A stretch of DNA of 64,000 bases from Actinomycetaceae bacterium (GTDB taxonomy: Bacteria; Actinomycetota; Actinomycetes; Actinomycetales; Actinomycetaceae), in NCBI GenBank assembly GCA_030530685.1, contig JAUMUM010000009.1:4465-68464 (forward strand), read 5' to 3'. The notes under the pieces were generated by a model. That model made no database searches and was not told where the DNA came from. It was given only the letters and a program-made list of their open reading frames with translations. The translations under genes were made by a program, and so were the position numbers. Shown piece after piece: positions 29,553-38,519 of this stretch; positions within the stretch are counted from its first letter, which is position 1; each line of letters begins with the position of its first letter.

Positions 29553-30188
29553 ATGAGTGTGGCACGGGTTGCATGCGAAAGGGTGGACGCTGCGGAGAAT
29601 GTCCGGCGGCAGTCGAGGCGAATCGATGCGTCGTGGCGCGGTGATGGTCGTGCGGTGGGGGTCGTCCGTGGCGGGCGCGGTCCCGGTGGGCTTCGCGCCG
29701 TGCCCAGTGCTGCGACGCCAGATAGATCAGCAAGCCGCCCGGAGGACGTCGAGATCGTGCCCCCGTTCCGGTGGCGACAGGCATCGGGGCGCCGGACGGC
29801 AGGGGTTGCCAGCGTGTCGATTGGCTTTCCCAAGGGTGCGGTCGATGCAGGGGGCTCGGCCGGGGCTGAGACCCGTGTCGTCGCCGGGCGGCGTCGGGCC
29901 GGTCATCGTGCTCCCGCACTCGAGCGCTCGGCCGCCGTTGTTCGGGCGGTGGTCGCAGCGCTGACGGTGGCGGCGCTCGTCGTGGGTGGACTCGTTCTTG
30001 GCTCGCTACTGGCGGCCCCGGATTCGACGGAGGTTGTGGTCCAGTCTGGGGATACGATCTGGTCCATTGCCTCCCGCCTCGAAGGAGGCCCCGATACCGC
30101 TGCGGTGGTCAGCGACATTGTCGCCCTCAACGGTCTGGGCTCTCAGGATCTCGATGTCGGTCAGACTCTCCTGGTTCCAAGCTATTGA
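29553..30188 (+). CDS. ChiZ-like, SOS-associated LysM-domain membrane protein.
   Basis: Arg-rich disordered N-terminus, one TM helix, and a C-terminal LysM domain (VVVQSGDTIWSIASRL...LLVP). The divergent-from-lexA position matches mycobacterial ChiZ. Confidence 0.7.
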   Translation: MSVARVACERVDAAENVRRQSRRIDASWRGDGRAVGVVRGGRGPGGLRAVPSAATPDRSASRPEDVEIVPPFRWRQASGRRTAGVASVSIGFPKGAVDAGGSAGAETRVVAGRRRAGHRAPALERSAAVVRAVVAALTVAALVVGGLVLGSLLAAPDSTEVVVQSGDTIWSIASRLEGGPDTAAVVSDIVALNGLGSQDLDVGQTLLVPSY

Positions 30189-30418
30189 GTGCCGCCGGCA
30201 CGTTGCTGCTTCCGTGTCGCAGTTGCCTCACGTGCGGCCGGGCTCATCGGTGGCCGAGCGCGTGGTGGTCGGTCGGCCTCGGAGCTTCGTTGCAATGCCG
30301 GTAACTGTTCTCGGCGGGAGTCGGCCCCGACGCGGCGCGCGGTCATCGGCGTCCGGTGCAGAGTTGAGCGTGGGGCGGGAAGCTTGCCGTGAAGGAAGGC
30401 GGAGCCTAGGGTTAGGGA

Positions 30419-30877
30419 ATGCGCTGCCCTTTCTGTCGACATGTCGAGTCTCGCGTCATCGACTCCCGCGCCAGTGACGACGGCCAGGCCATTCGCCGTC
30501 GCCGCGAATGTTCGAATTGTTCGCGACGCTTCACGACTATCGAGACGGCGAGCCTGCAGGTCGTCAAGCGTTCCGGGGCGAGCGAGCCCTTTTCTCGCGA
30601 CAAGATCATTGCCGGAGTGGGTAAGGCATGCCAGGGTCGCCCCGTCGGCGAAGACGATCTGGCCCTCCTGGCGCAGCAAGTCGAGGAGAAGATCCGATCT
30701 ACCGGAACGTCGCAGATCGAGGCGCACGACATCGGTCTGGCGATTCTGGAACCGCTGCGCTGCCTGGACATGATTGCCTATCTTCGCTTCGCTTCGGTGT
30801 ACTCCAACTTCGACACCCTCGACGACTTCGAGAAAGCGATAGCGGATCTGCGAGCCGAGGTCCCGGCTGATCGCTGA
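30419..30877 (+). CDS. nrdR: Transcriptional repressor NrdR.
   Basis: Zn-ribbon CPFC...CSNC plus an ATP-cone domain. The lexA-nrdR adjacency is conserved. Confidence 0.9.
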   Translation: MRCPFCRHVESRVIDSRASDDGQAIRRRRECSNCSRRFTTIETASLQVVKRSGASEPFSRDKIIAGVGKACQGRPVGEDDLALLAQQVEEKIRSTGTSQIEAHDIGLAILEPLRCLDMIAYLRFASVYSNFDTLDDFEKAIADLRAEVPADR

Positions 30878-30907
30878 TTCGCGCCCGCCGGCTGATTCGC
30901 GCCCGGG

Positions 30908-33247
30908 TCAGTCTGTGGTGGGGCTCCTGTCTGCCTCGCCGTCTCCCGACGAATCTAAGTCGACTGCAGTGGCATCCACGCCGCCTCCCGCCGCATCGGG
31001 GTCGCGCGCGTCGTCCTCGCGTGTGCCCGAGATTCTCTCGTGGAGTGCCTCCGTCGCGCCGCGAGCCGCAGCCGACACCGTGCCGGTGGTGCCTCGCGCG
31101 ACGTCGGAGACGGACTCGGAGGCGCGTGACGCCGCATCCGCCATGGCGCTCGTCGCGCCGCGAGCTAAGTCGGAGACCGTTTCACCCGCGTTCTTCGCCA
31201 CCTCGGAAACGTTGCGTGCGGCATCGGAAACGGAATCGGTGGCGCTGCGCATCGCACCCGATATTGCCCCGGTTCCCTGCCGCACGGCCTCCGACGAGCG
31301 AACGCGTTCGAGCCAGGCGGCGAACTCATCGCGCGAGATGCCCGATGCGCTCAGGCGCTGCCGCACCGACTCGGCCGAAGGCTTCTTCTCCGAAAACCAC
31401 GTGCGAAGATCCTCCATGGACTCGCCCGTCGAGGCAAGGAACTCGCCGACCTGCTCGCGGCTGGCGTCGAACTGCCGCTGAAGCCTCGCCACGAAAGCCT
31501 CGAATGTCTCACCGGTCGCCTCGCCGATCTCGCCGGCCTTCTTCCTCCACTGGCCGGCGCGCAGTTCGAAGTCGGCCAGCTGCTCGCGGACGGAACGCCG
31601 CATGACCTTTCCGAGTTGCGATCTCGGCAACTCATCCACGATGGCTATTGACCGTGGCATGGCGTAGTGCGAGAGCTTGTCCTGCGTCCATCGTCTGACG
31701 GCGTCGAGGTCAACGGCGGTTCCCGGCTCTAACACGAGTGCGGCGACCACCGACTCGCCACGCGAGTCCTCGGGCATGCCCACCACGGCCACGTCTCGCA
31801 CGCCGGGCATGTCCCGAATCGCGCTCTCGACCTGCGAGGGATAGACGTTGAAGCCGCCGTTGATGATGAGTTCCTTGCATCGGTCGGCCATGATGAGGAA
31901 CCCGTCATCCCAGTACGCGAGATCGCCGGTGCGAAGCCAGCCATCGGGCGTGAGCACCTGTGCAGTTTCCTCGGGATTGCCATAGTAACCGGAAAAGACC
32001 TGCGGTCCTCGCACGAGGATCTCGCCAATGCCCTCGGCGTTCGTCTCCGGATCGTCCGGGTCGGCCAGGCGGATATCGGTCGACGGGAAGGGCAGTCCCA
32101 GCGTCGAGGGACGTCGAGCGGCCGACACGGGGGATCCCGCGATGATCGGACTGGCCTCCGACATGCCGTAGCCCTCAATGACGTAGCCACCCGTCGCTTC
32201 CTCCCACCTTGCGGCCAACGCGGGGCTGAGCGACATCGCGCCGGAGAACGCGAAGCCCACAGAGGCCAGGCTTACCGGCTCCTCGGACTCCTCGACGGCA
32301 TCGAGAATCCTCTCGAACATGGGAGGCACGCCAGGAAAGAGCGTGATCGGCCGCCGTTTCTGGGCGGCCAGGAAGGAGGCGACGTCGAACTTGGGAAGAA
32401 GCACGAGCGTGGCGGCCATGCGCACGCCGAGCGAGAGGACGGTCTGCAGGCCGAAAGCGTGGAAGAAAGGGAGGATTCCGGCCATGGTTTCCTCGCCGTG
32501 GCGAATGATGGGTACCCACGCCGCGGTCTGTTCGACGTTCGACGTCAGGTTGAGGTGCGTCAGAGCCACGGCCTTTGGTGTGCCTGTCGTGCCGCCCGTG
32601 TGGATAAGAACGGCGATGTCGTCCATTTCCGGGTGTTCGCTCGCAATCGCCGCTTCCAGTGCCGGAGTCTTCTTGACGAGATCATCGAAGGAAATGACGC
32701 CAGCGGGTACGCGAGCACGCAGCTTGGCCCGCTGGGCCCTGGCCGAAGGCAGCGGGAGCCTGAGGAGGAAACGGGAACGGTGCGGCAGCTCGCGTGAAAG
32801 GTCGACGGAAAGGTAGGTGCGCCCCTTGAAGTCACCGTCGTCGACAATCCTTTCGAGCGTCTGCTCCCACCCGATGACGACCCTCGCCCCATGGCGTGCC
32901 AGTTGTTCCTCAAGCTCGCCTTCCGGCGCCAGGGGATTGTGCTCGGCCACAATGGCACCGAGCGAGGCGGCCGCGTAGAAGGCGACGACGTGCTGCGGGC
33001 AGTTCGGCATGATGAGCGCAACGACGTCGCCGCGCCTCACGCCGATGCGGTAGAGCGCAGCGGCGGTCTTTCGGCAGTGGTGCTCGAGTTCCGCATAGGT
33101 GATCGAGCGTCCGAGGAAATCGAGCGCGACGCGCTGCGGGAATCGGAAGGCCGCGTCGGTCAGGAGTCTGTCGATCGTTTTGTCGGGTGGCGTAATGTGC
33201 GTCGGAACCCCGTCCGCATAGTGTCGTGCAAACGTGGAATCGTTCAT
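30908..33247 (-). CDS. fadD: Long-chain fatty-acid--CoA ligase (FadD-like) with an approximately 230-aa C-terminal extension of 11-residue repeats.
   Basis: AMP-binding motifs (IHTGGTTGTPKA, YGMSE, TGDL) are present. SD GGAGGA precedes ATG 33247. The C-terminal tail is rich in Ser/Ala/Asp/Arg repeats. Confidence 0.8.
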   Translation of the reverse strand: MNDSTFARHYADGVPTHITPPDKTIDRLLTDAAFRFPQRVALDFLGRSITYAELEHHCRKTAAALYRIGVRRGDVVALIMPNCPQHVVAFYAAASLGAIVAEHNPLAPEGELEEQLARHGARVVIGWEQTLERIVDDGDFKGRTYLSVDLSRELPHRSRFLLRLPLPSARAQRAKLRARVPAGVISFDDLVKKTPALEAAIASEHPEMDDIAVLIHTGGTTGTPKAVALTHLNLTSNVEQTAAWVPIIRHGEETMAGILPFFHAFGLQTVLSLGVRMAATLVLLPKFDVASFLAAQKRRPITLFPGVPPMFERILDAVEESEEPVSLASVGFAFSGAMSLSPALAARWEEATGGYVIEGYGMSEASPIIAGSPVSAARRPSTLGLPFPSTDIRLADPDDPETNAEGIGEILVRGPQVFSGYYGNPEETAQVLTPDGWLRTGDLAYWDDGFLIMADRCKELIINGGFNVYPSQVESAIRDMPGVRDVAVVGMPEDSRGESVVAALVLEPGTAVDLDAVRRWTQDKLSHYAMPRSIAIVDELPRSQLGKVMRRSVREQLADFELRAGQWRKKAGEIGEATGETFEAFVARLQRQFDASREQVGEFLASTGESMEDLRTWFSEKKPSAESVRQRLSASGISRDEFAAWLERVRSSEAVRQGTGAISGAMRSATDSVSDAARNVSEVAKNAGETVSDLARGATSAMADAASRASESVSDVARGTTGTVSAAARGATEALHERISGTREDDARDPDAAGGGVDATAVDLDSSGDGEADRSPTTD

Positions 33248-33390
33248 GCGTCCTCCAGTCCCGGCGTGTGATGTGGCAAGTCTATGATGTTTGCCTGCCC
33301 CGCGATTGCCGTATGGCCAGGTCAATTGGCGTGGCTCCGACGGGCGGAACCGACGGCGGTGGGAAAACCGCGGCGCGGCGGGTCAGCGGG

Positions 33391-33529
33391 GCTACTGGCG
33401 TGCCCCGCTACTGGCGTGCCCCGCGCGACTGCCAGGCGGGTCAACATGTGCTGCATGGGGCCAACACGTTCCGCACAAGGCCACGCTTTGGCCACCGCGG
33501 CTCAGGTGGGCCAACACTCTCCGCACGGG
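33391..33529. repeat. Repeats upstream of fadD: a perfect 16-bp tandem duplication and a 21-bp imperfect direct repeat.
   Basis: The tandem duplication is GCTACTGGCGTGCCCC x2 (33391-33422). The direct repeat is GGCCAACACNNTCCGCAC x2 (33459, 33509). Confidence 0.5.
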
Positions 33530-33556
33530 CGCGCGCGGCGCGGGCGGTCCACCCGC

Positions 33557-34768
33557 TTACCTGTCCTTGTGCAGGACTCGCAAGCGAATGCTGTGGGGCA
33601 GGCCGGTCAGCTCGTCCAGTGCGCTCTGGGGAAGCGACGAGGAAATGTCGGTCACCATGTACCCGATGTCACCCACCGTGGCGAGCGTCTGGGCGTCGAT
33701 GTTCGCGCCGGCATCGGCGAAGATCTTGTTGACATGCGCGAGGGCACCGGGCGTGTTCTTGTGAATCCAGGCGACCCTGTGCATGGCCGAATGCGCCGGG
33801 GAGGCGTCGACTCTGGGCATATTGACCGACAGGCTCGTCAGGCCCTTGCGGAAATAGGAGGTCAGCTTGTCGGCCACGAACGTGCCGATCGACTCCTGCG
33901 CTTCAACGGTCGACCCGCCGATGTGCGGCGTGAGGATGACATTGGGCATGCCAATGAGCGGAGAAGTGAAGGGATCGCCATTTGCGTCCGGCTCCGAAGG
34001 GAAGACGTCGACGCCCGCGCCGCCAAGGCTGCCATCTGCCAGGCGCTCGTACACTGCATCGAGATCGACGACCGAGCCTCGCGAGAGGTTGATGAGGATC
34101 GAGCCCTCTTTCATGGCCATGATGCGATCGCGGCTGAAGAATCCGTCGTTGGCGGGCCTGCCGTCTACGTGGATCGAGATGATGTCCGACTTGGCGATGA
34201 GCTGGCTGAGGCTGCGCACGCGCGTGGCATTGCCAATCGCGAGTTTCTCCGCGATGTCATAGAAGACGACGCGCATGCCCAGCGCCTCGGCCAGCACCGA
34301 CAGCTGCGTGCCGATCGATCCGTACCCGACGATCCCGAGGGTCTTGCCGCGAACTTCGTGGGCGCCATTGGCGGACTTGGCCCACACGCCCGATTGCAGC
34401 GCCCTGTTCTTGACCGGAAGCTGGCGCGTCAGGGCAATGGCTTCGGCGATGGCCAGCTCGACGACCGAGCGCGTATTGGCATACGGAGCGTTGAAGACCG
34501 CAATTCCGAGCTCGGATGCGGTGCGCAGGTCGATCTGGTTGGTGCCGATGCAAAAGGCGCCTATCGCCTCGAGGTGGCTGCTGGCTTGAAGGATTTCCCG
34601 AGTCAGGTGCGTCTTGGAACGGATGCCTACGATGTCCACGCCCTTCAAAGCGTCGATCAGGTCGTTTCCCTGGAGGGCGCCGGGCACCCTCGTGACGTCC
34701 CAGCCGGCGTGGGCGAAGACGTCATCGGCGGACTCGTGGGGGGATTCGAGGAGAAGCACGCTTGTCAT
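33557..34768 (-). CDS. serA: D-3-phosphoglycerate dehydrogenase (2-hydroxyacid dehydrogenase with a C-terminal ACT-like domain).
   Basis: NAD motif GIVGYGSIGT and the 2-hydroxyacid-dehydrogenase catalytic His motif (PHIGGST), plus a C-terminal regulatory domain. Confidence 0.85.
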   Translation of the reverse strand: MTSVLLLESPHESADDVFAHAGWDVTRVPGALQGNDLIDALKGVDIVGIRSKTHLTREILQASSHLEAIGAFCIGTNQIDLRTASELGIAVFNAPYANTRSVVELAIAEAIALTRQLPVKNRALQSGVWAKSANGAHEVRGKTLGIVGYGSIGTQLSVLAEALGMRVVFYDIAEKLAIGNATRVRSLSQLIAKSDIISIHVDGRPANDGFFSRDRIMAMKEGSILINLSRGSVVDLDAVYERLADGSLGGAGVDVFPSEPDANGDPFTSPLIGMPNVILTPHIGGSTVEAQESIGTFVADKLTSYFRKGLTSLSVNMPRVDASPAHSAMHRVAWIHKNTPGALAHVNKIFADAGANIDAQTLATVGDIGYMVTDISSSLPQSALDELTGLPHSIRLRVLHKDR

Positions 34769-35049
34769 TCTTCAACTGTGGACTGTCGGGGTACTTGAGG
34801 GCAAAACGATCCCGCATGACGAGTGGTATCGATCCCCGTTAATCCCAGCTGTCATCTGGACACACGGGCAACTGCCGGCCTGCACTGTGACAAGGTCCGC
34901 ACGATGAGCTGGGCCTGGAACCGCTGAACACGGCCTTCGGGCCCGCATCGGCCGTGTGAGCGTGACGGTGGTTTCGCTCCTCGTTGTGCTTCGGGCCCGC
35001 GTGGGCCGAGCGGCCTCATGCTCTGGGCCGAGGTTTGCGAGGTCGTACG

Positions 35050-37281
35050 TCAGGTGGAAAGTCCGGCGGGTGGCTCGCCGGTGTGGATCACGTGGAGGAA
35101 TCGCGTGGGGCGGGTCATTGCCACGTAGAGGTCTCCAGGACCGTCGCTGAGAATGTCCGCAGGCTCGAGCAGTATGACGACGTCGTACTCCAGGCCCTTC
35201 GACTGAGTAGGCGTGAGGACGTAGGCCCGGGCGTCGGGCTCGGGCAGCGTCGCGCACACCTCGGCGAGCGCCGAAGCCAGCGTCGCGTGCAGCCCCTCGG
35301 GGACGATGACGGCCAGCGTCCCTGCACCGGCACCGTACTCTTCGTCCATCCACGCCAGGTACCGGGAGGCCAGCCGCACGGCCTGCCCGGCCAGGGACCC
35401 GTCTTCGACGCTTTCAACGCGCAGCGAGTCGGCCACGTCGCGCGCAGCCCTCACCGCGCGCACCGGCGTGCCAGCGGCCTCCAGCGTGCGGCGGGCAGTT
35501 TCGAGGATCGTCGCGGGCGTGCGGTAGGAGATCGTCAGTTGTTCCTCGCGCGCCTGGTTTGACAGACGTCCGAGAATGGCGCGCCAGCCGCCGGAGGGAG
35601 AGCCGCCGGGGCGCTGATCGAGGTCGCCGACGATCGTCATCGACCGGGTCGGGCACCGGCGCATGAGCATTTCCCACTGCATGGGCGTCAGCTCTTGGGC
35701 CTCGTCGACCACGATATGCCCGTACGTCCAGTTGCGGTCGGCCGCCGCCCGTTCCGCCAGGGAGGAGGCTGGACCGGACTCGGCCACGCGCTCGGCCAAC
35801 GTCTCGGCGTCGACGATGCCGCCGCCGAGGCTCATCGCGCTCATCGTCTCCTTGACGTAGGCGGACAGCTCGGCATTGCGCGCCTCGGCGGCGGCACGTT
35901 GGCGGCGTTCGAAGTCGGTCTGGAAAGGGCCGAGGTGCTCGGCTATCTCGTCGAGGATCGGAATGTCGTCCGCCGTGAAGGGACTGTCCTTGGGGCGCCG
36001 CAGGAGCTCGCGCTCGCGCTCGGACAGTTCGGGGGTGCACAGGGCCAGCAGCTCGGGTCTGGCATACAGGCGTGCCAGAAGTTGCTGCGGCGAGGAGGGC
36101 AGCCAGTGGAGGTTGATCTCGCGCCGAGCGTCAGTACTGGCGGCGACGTCGGCAACGATCCATCCCGACTCCTCGAGCGTCGTCTCCTTGGCCCGTGCAA
36201 CCTGCTCGGCGAGGACGTCAACGAGCATGCGCGCGTAGGTATCGCGAGCTTCATTGTGGCTGCGCCCGCCCTTGCGCGCTCTGTGCTGGGCCTCGCGCAC
36301 GTGCTCGGGCGTCAGCTGTACGCGCACCCCGTCGATCGTGAAGGACACGACGCGCTCCAGGGGCCGCTGAAGCACCTTGGTGACGGCTCGCTTGGCGATC
36401 TTCCGCCAGTGGAGCGTTCCCTTGATGCGCCTCGTCTCGTCGCCGTCCACGCCAGTGGCCTGAACGCCCGGAACGAGCCCGGCGATCGTGGTGGAAACAA
36501 CGTCGGATTCGCCCAGGCTCGGCAGGACCTGACTGATGTAGTTGAGGAAAACCGGCGAGGGACCGACGATGAGCACGCCCGAGCGCGACAATCGCTGCCT
36601 CTGGGCGTATAGGAGGTAGGCGGCGCGGTGCAGTGCCACGGCCGTCTTGCCGGTGCCCGGGCCTCCCTGAACGATGAGCACCCCCTGGGATCCGGCTCTG
36701 ATGATGCTGTCTTGCTCGGCCTGGATGGTGGCGACGATATCGCTCATCTTCCCCTCGCGAGCCGAGGACATCGCCGCCATGAGCGCTCCCTCGCCGGTCA
36801 GGTTGAGGTCGTCGATAGATGCGGCCGACGCCGAGTCGAGGAGTTCGTCTTCGACTGCTACGACGTCACGGAATCGCGTCTGGATGTGCCGACGTCGCAC
36901 GACGTTTCCCGGCCTGGCGGCCGTGGCCTGGTAGAAGGGTTCGGCCTGCGGGGCGCGCCAGTCGAGGAGGATGATGTCACGGTCTTCGTTCTTGAGCCCG
37001 ATGCGGCCGATGTGCTCGTGCCGTCCGTCCCTAAAGTCCAGCCTGCCCATGACCAGGCGGTTCTCAACGTTGCGCAGGCGTATGAGATTGTCTTCGTAGT
37101 GTGTGGCGAAGGAATCGCGTTCGGAAAGTGCTCCTGCGCTCTCGTGGCCGTGTTGCTTACGCACGCCGCGAAGCCGCTGCGAGTATCCGTCACGTTGCCG
37201 GTCTAGCGCGGCATAGGCCGTGTCGACGAACTTCTGCTCGTCGGCGATTGCGCGGGACCGCGCCGATGAGTCACCCAACAA
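35050..37281 (-). CDS. helD: HelD-like UvrD/Rep-family helicase, RNA-polymerase associated.
   Basis: The N-terminal domain typical of actinobacterial HelD (LVMGRLDF...IGRIGL...LLDWRAPQAEPFYQAT) plus Walker A GGPGTGKT. TTG start with SD AGGAGA. Confidence 0.75.
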   Translation of the reverse strand: MLGDSSARSRAIADEQKFVDTAYAALDRQRDGYSQRLRGVRKQHGHESAGALSERDSFATHYEDNLIRLRNVENRLVMGRLDFRDGRHEHIGRIGLKNEDRDIILLDWRAPQAEPFYQATAARPGNVVRRRHIQTRFRDVVAVEDELLDSASAASIDDLNLTGEGALMAAMSSAREGKMSDIVATIQAEQDSIIRAGSQGVLIVQGGPGTGKTAVALHRAAYLLYAQRQRLSRSGVLIVGPSPVFLNYISQVLPSLGESDVVSTTIAGLVPGVQATGVDGDETRRIKGTLHWRKIAKRAVTKVLQRPLERVVSFTIDGVRVQLTPEHVREAQHRARKGGRSHNEARDTYARMLVDVLAEQVARAKETTLEESGWIVADVAASTDARREINLHWLPSSPQQLLARLYARPELLALCTPELSERERELLRRPKDSPFTADDIPILDEIAEHLGPFQTDFERRQRAAAEARNAELSAYVKETMSAMSLGGGIVDAETLAERVAESGPASSLAERAAADRNWTYGHIVVDEAQELTPMQWEMLMRRCPTRSMTIVGDLDQRPGGSPSGGWRAILGRLSNQAREEQLTISYRTPATILETARRTLEAAGTPVRAVRAARDVADSLRVESVEDGSLAGQAVRLASRYLAWMDEEYGAGAGTLAVIVPEGLHATLASALAEVCATLPEPDARAYVLTPTQSKGLEYDVVILLEPADILSDGPGDLYVAMTRPTRFLHVIHTGEPPAGLST

Positions 37282-37466
37282 CTGATTCTCCTAGGAAAAG
37301 ACGGACATCCAATTATCCTCCACGTCCACCGGGGGCGCGACCCATTGGGGGTCTTATGGTCCACGGGGAGAGATACACCACGGGCCAGCTTGCAAAACCC
37401 GTGCCAACGATGCTGCCAGGCTGTGGCACAGTAGTGGGCAGAGGATCTTCAGGAGTGGTGAGCCAA

Positions 37467-38513
37467 GTGCATTTTGTCTCGTTCCCGGCGGGGTCGGCCG
37501 ACACGCGTGTTGACCACCTCGTGTTCAATCTCGTCGATCCCGTGGCCGACACGGGATCGGTCTCCCAGCTCATTTCCAAATCGCTGGAGCCGCTCGGTTC
37601 TGGCGACGCCGCCCTATTCAACTCCGACCCACTCATCGACTACAGGGCCCAGCGCCCGCTCATGAACTTCCGCAACGGTCACCTGGTGGACATGAGGCGC
37701 GAAGGCATCCGCCTGACCCACGCATCGGACATTGAGGGGCAGAAGTTCCTTCATCTGCGCGGTGCCGAGCCTGACTTCCACTGGGATGCGCTGCTGGCGG
37801 ACATCATGGATGTCATTGAGCATTACGGGGTGACGTCGACCTACTCGTTCACGGCCGTCGCGGCGCCGGTGCCGCACACTCGACCGGCCGACATGGTCGT
37901 CAGGCAGACGGCCGAGGATGACGGGCGCCCCGTCCTCCAGGCCGACTTCTGGTTCCCAGCCGCTTTCGCCGACTACGTCGAGTACCACCTGGGCGAGTTG
38001 GGCATCACCCACACGAACGTGGCCGTCAGAGTACCCATGTACCTGGCGGGCCACCAGTATTCACCGGGCGCGGCCGGTGCCCTCGGGCTCATGTCGTCCA
38101 TTAGTGGCCTGCATTTCCCCCTGGGGGATTTGGAGCAAGAGGCGGCTGTCGAGATCTCGGCCCTCACCGAGATGATCAAGCAAAACGACGATCTCGCCTC
38201 CCTCATTGCGCGTTTCGAGCAGGAGTATGACGCCAGTGGCGTGGCCCCGGGCTTCGTGACGGCCCCGCGCCCGGAACTCAAGGTTCCCTCGTCCGATGAA
38301 ATCGGTCGCGCGGCCGAACAATTCCTGGCCGGCGCCTCCAACCTTGGCTCAGGCGACGAGCCAAACGTCTTCGACCCTCAGGGCTTGCTCAGCCGCTTTG
38401 AGCGTCACCGCTCCAAGGCCTCCAGCGACGGCAACTCCAACAAGTCCGAGCCGGGCAAGTCCTGGTGGCAGCAGCGCAGGGGCAAGCATTCGTCCGATCC
38501 CGAGGAGGGGTGA
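37467..38513 (+). CDS. PAC2-family protein (proteasome-assembly-chaperone-like).
   Basis: Resembles mycobacterial PAC2 proteins (PVPHTRP, VRVPMYLAG...LHFPLGDLEQEA). Start is uncertain (GTG 37467 after AGGAG, or an earlier start at 37356). Confidence 0.6.
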   Translation: MHFVSFPAGSADTRVDHLVFNLVDPVADTGSVSQLISKSLEPLGSGDAALFNSDPLIDYRAQRPLMNFRNGHLVDMRREGIRLTHASDIEGQKFLHLRGAEPDFHWDALLADIMDVIEHYGVTSTYSFTAVAAPVPHTRPADMVVRQTAEDDGRPVLQADFWFPAAFADYVEYHLGELGITHTNVAVRVPMYLAGHQYSPGAAGALGLMSSISGLHFPLGDLEQEAAVEISALTEMIKQNDDLASLIARFEQEYDASGVAPGFVTAPRPELKVPSSDEIGRAAEQFLAGASNLGSGDEPNVFDPQGLLSRFERHRSKASSDGNSNKSEPGKSWWQQRRGKHSSDPEEG

Positions 38514-38519
38514 AGTCGA

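Noticed and set aside
33284-34798. 504-aa ORF on the + strand.
   Set aside because: It is antisense to serA, which has clear dehydrogenase motifs. Long antisense ORFs are expected in a 70% GC genome. The same applies to 1720-2844 (antisense to pnp), 3722-4945 (pepR), 12587-13837 (ftsK), 35695-36612 (helD), 44430-46430 (ftsI), 47967-49340 (murF), 49698-51098 (mraY and murD) and 56892-58829 (ftsZ).
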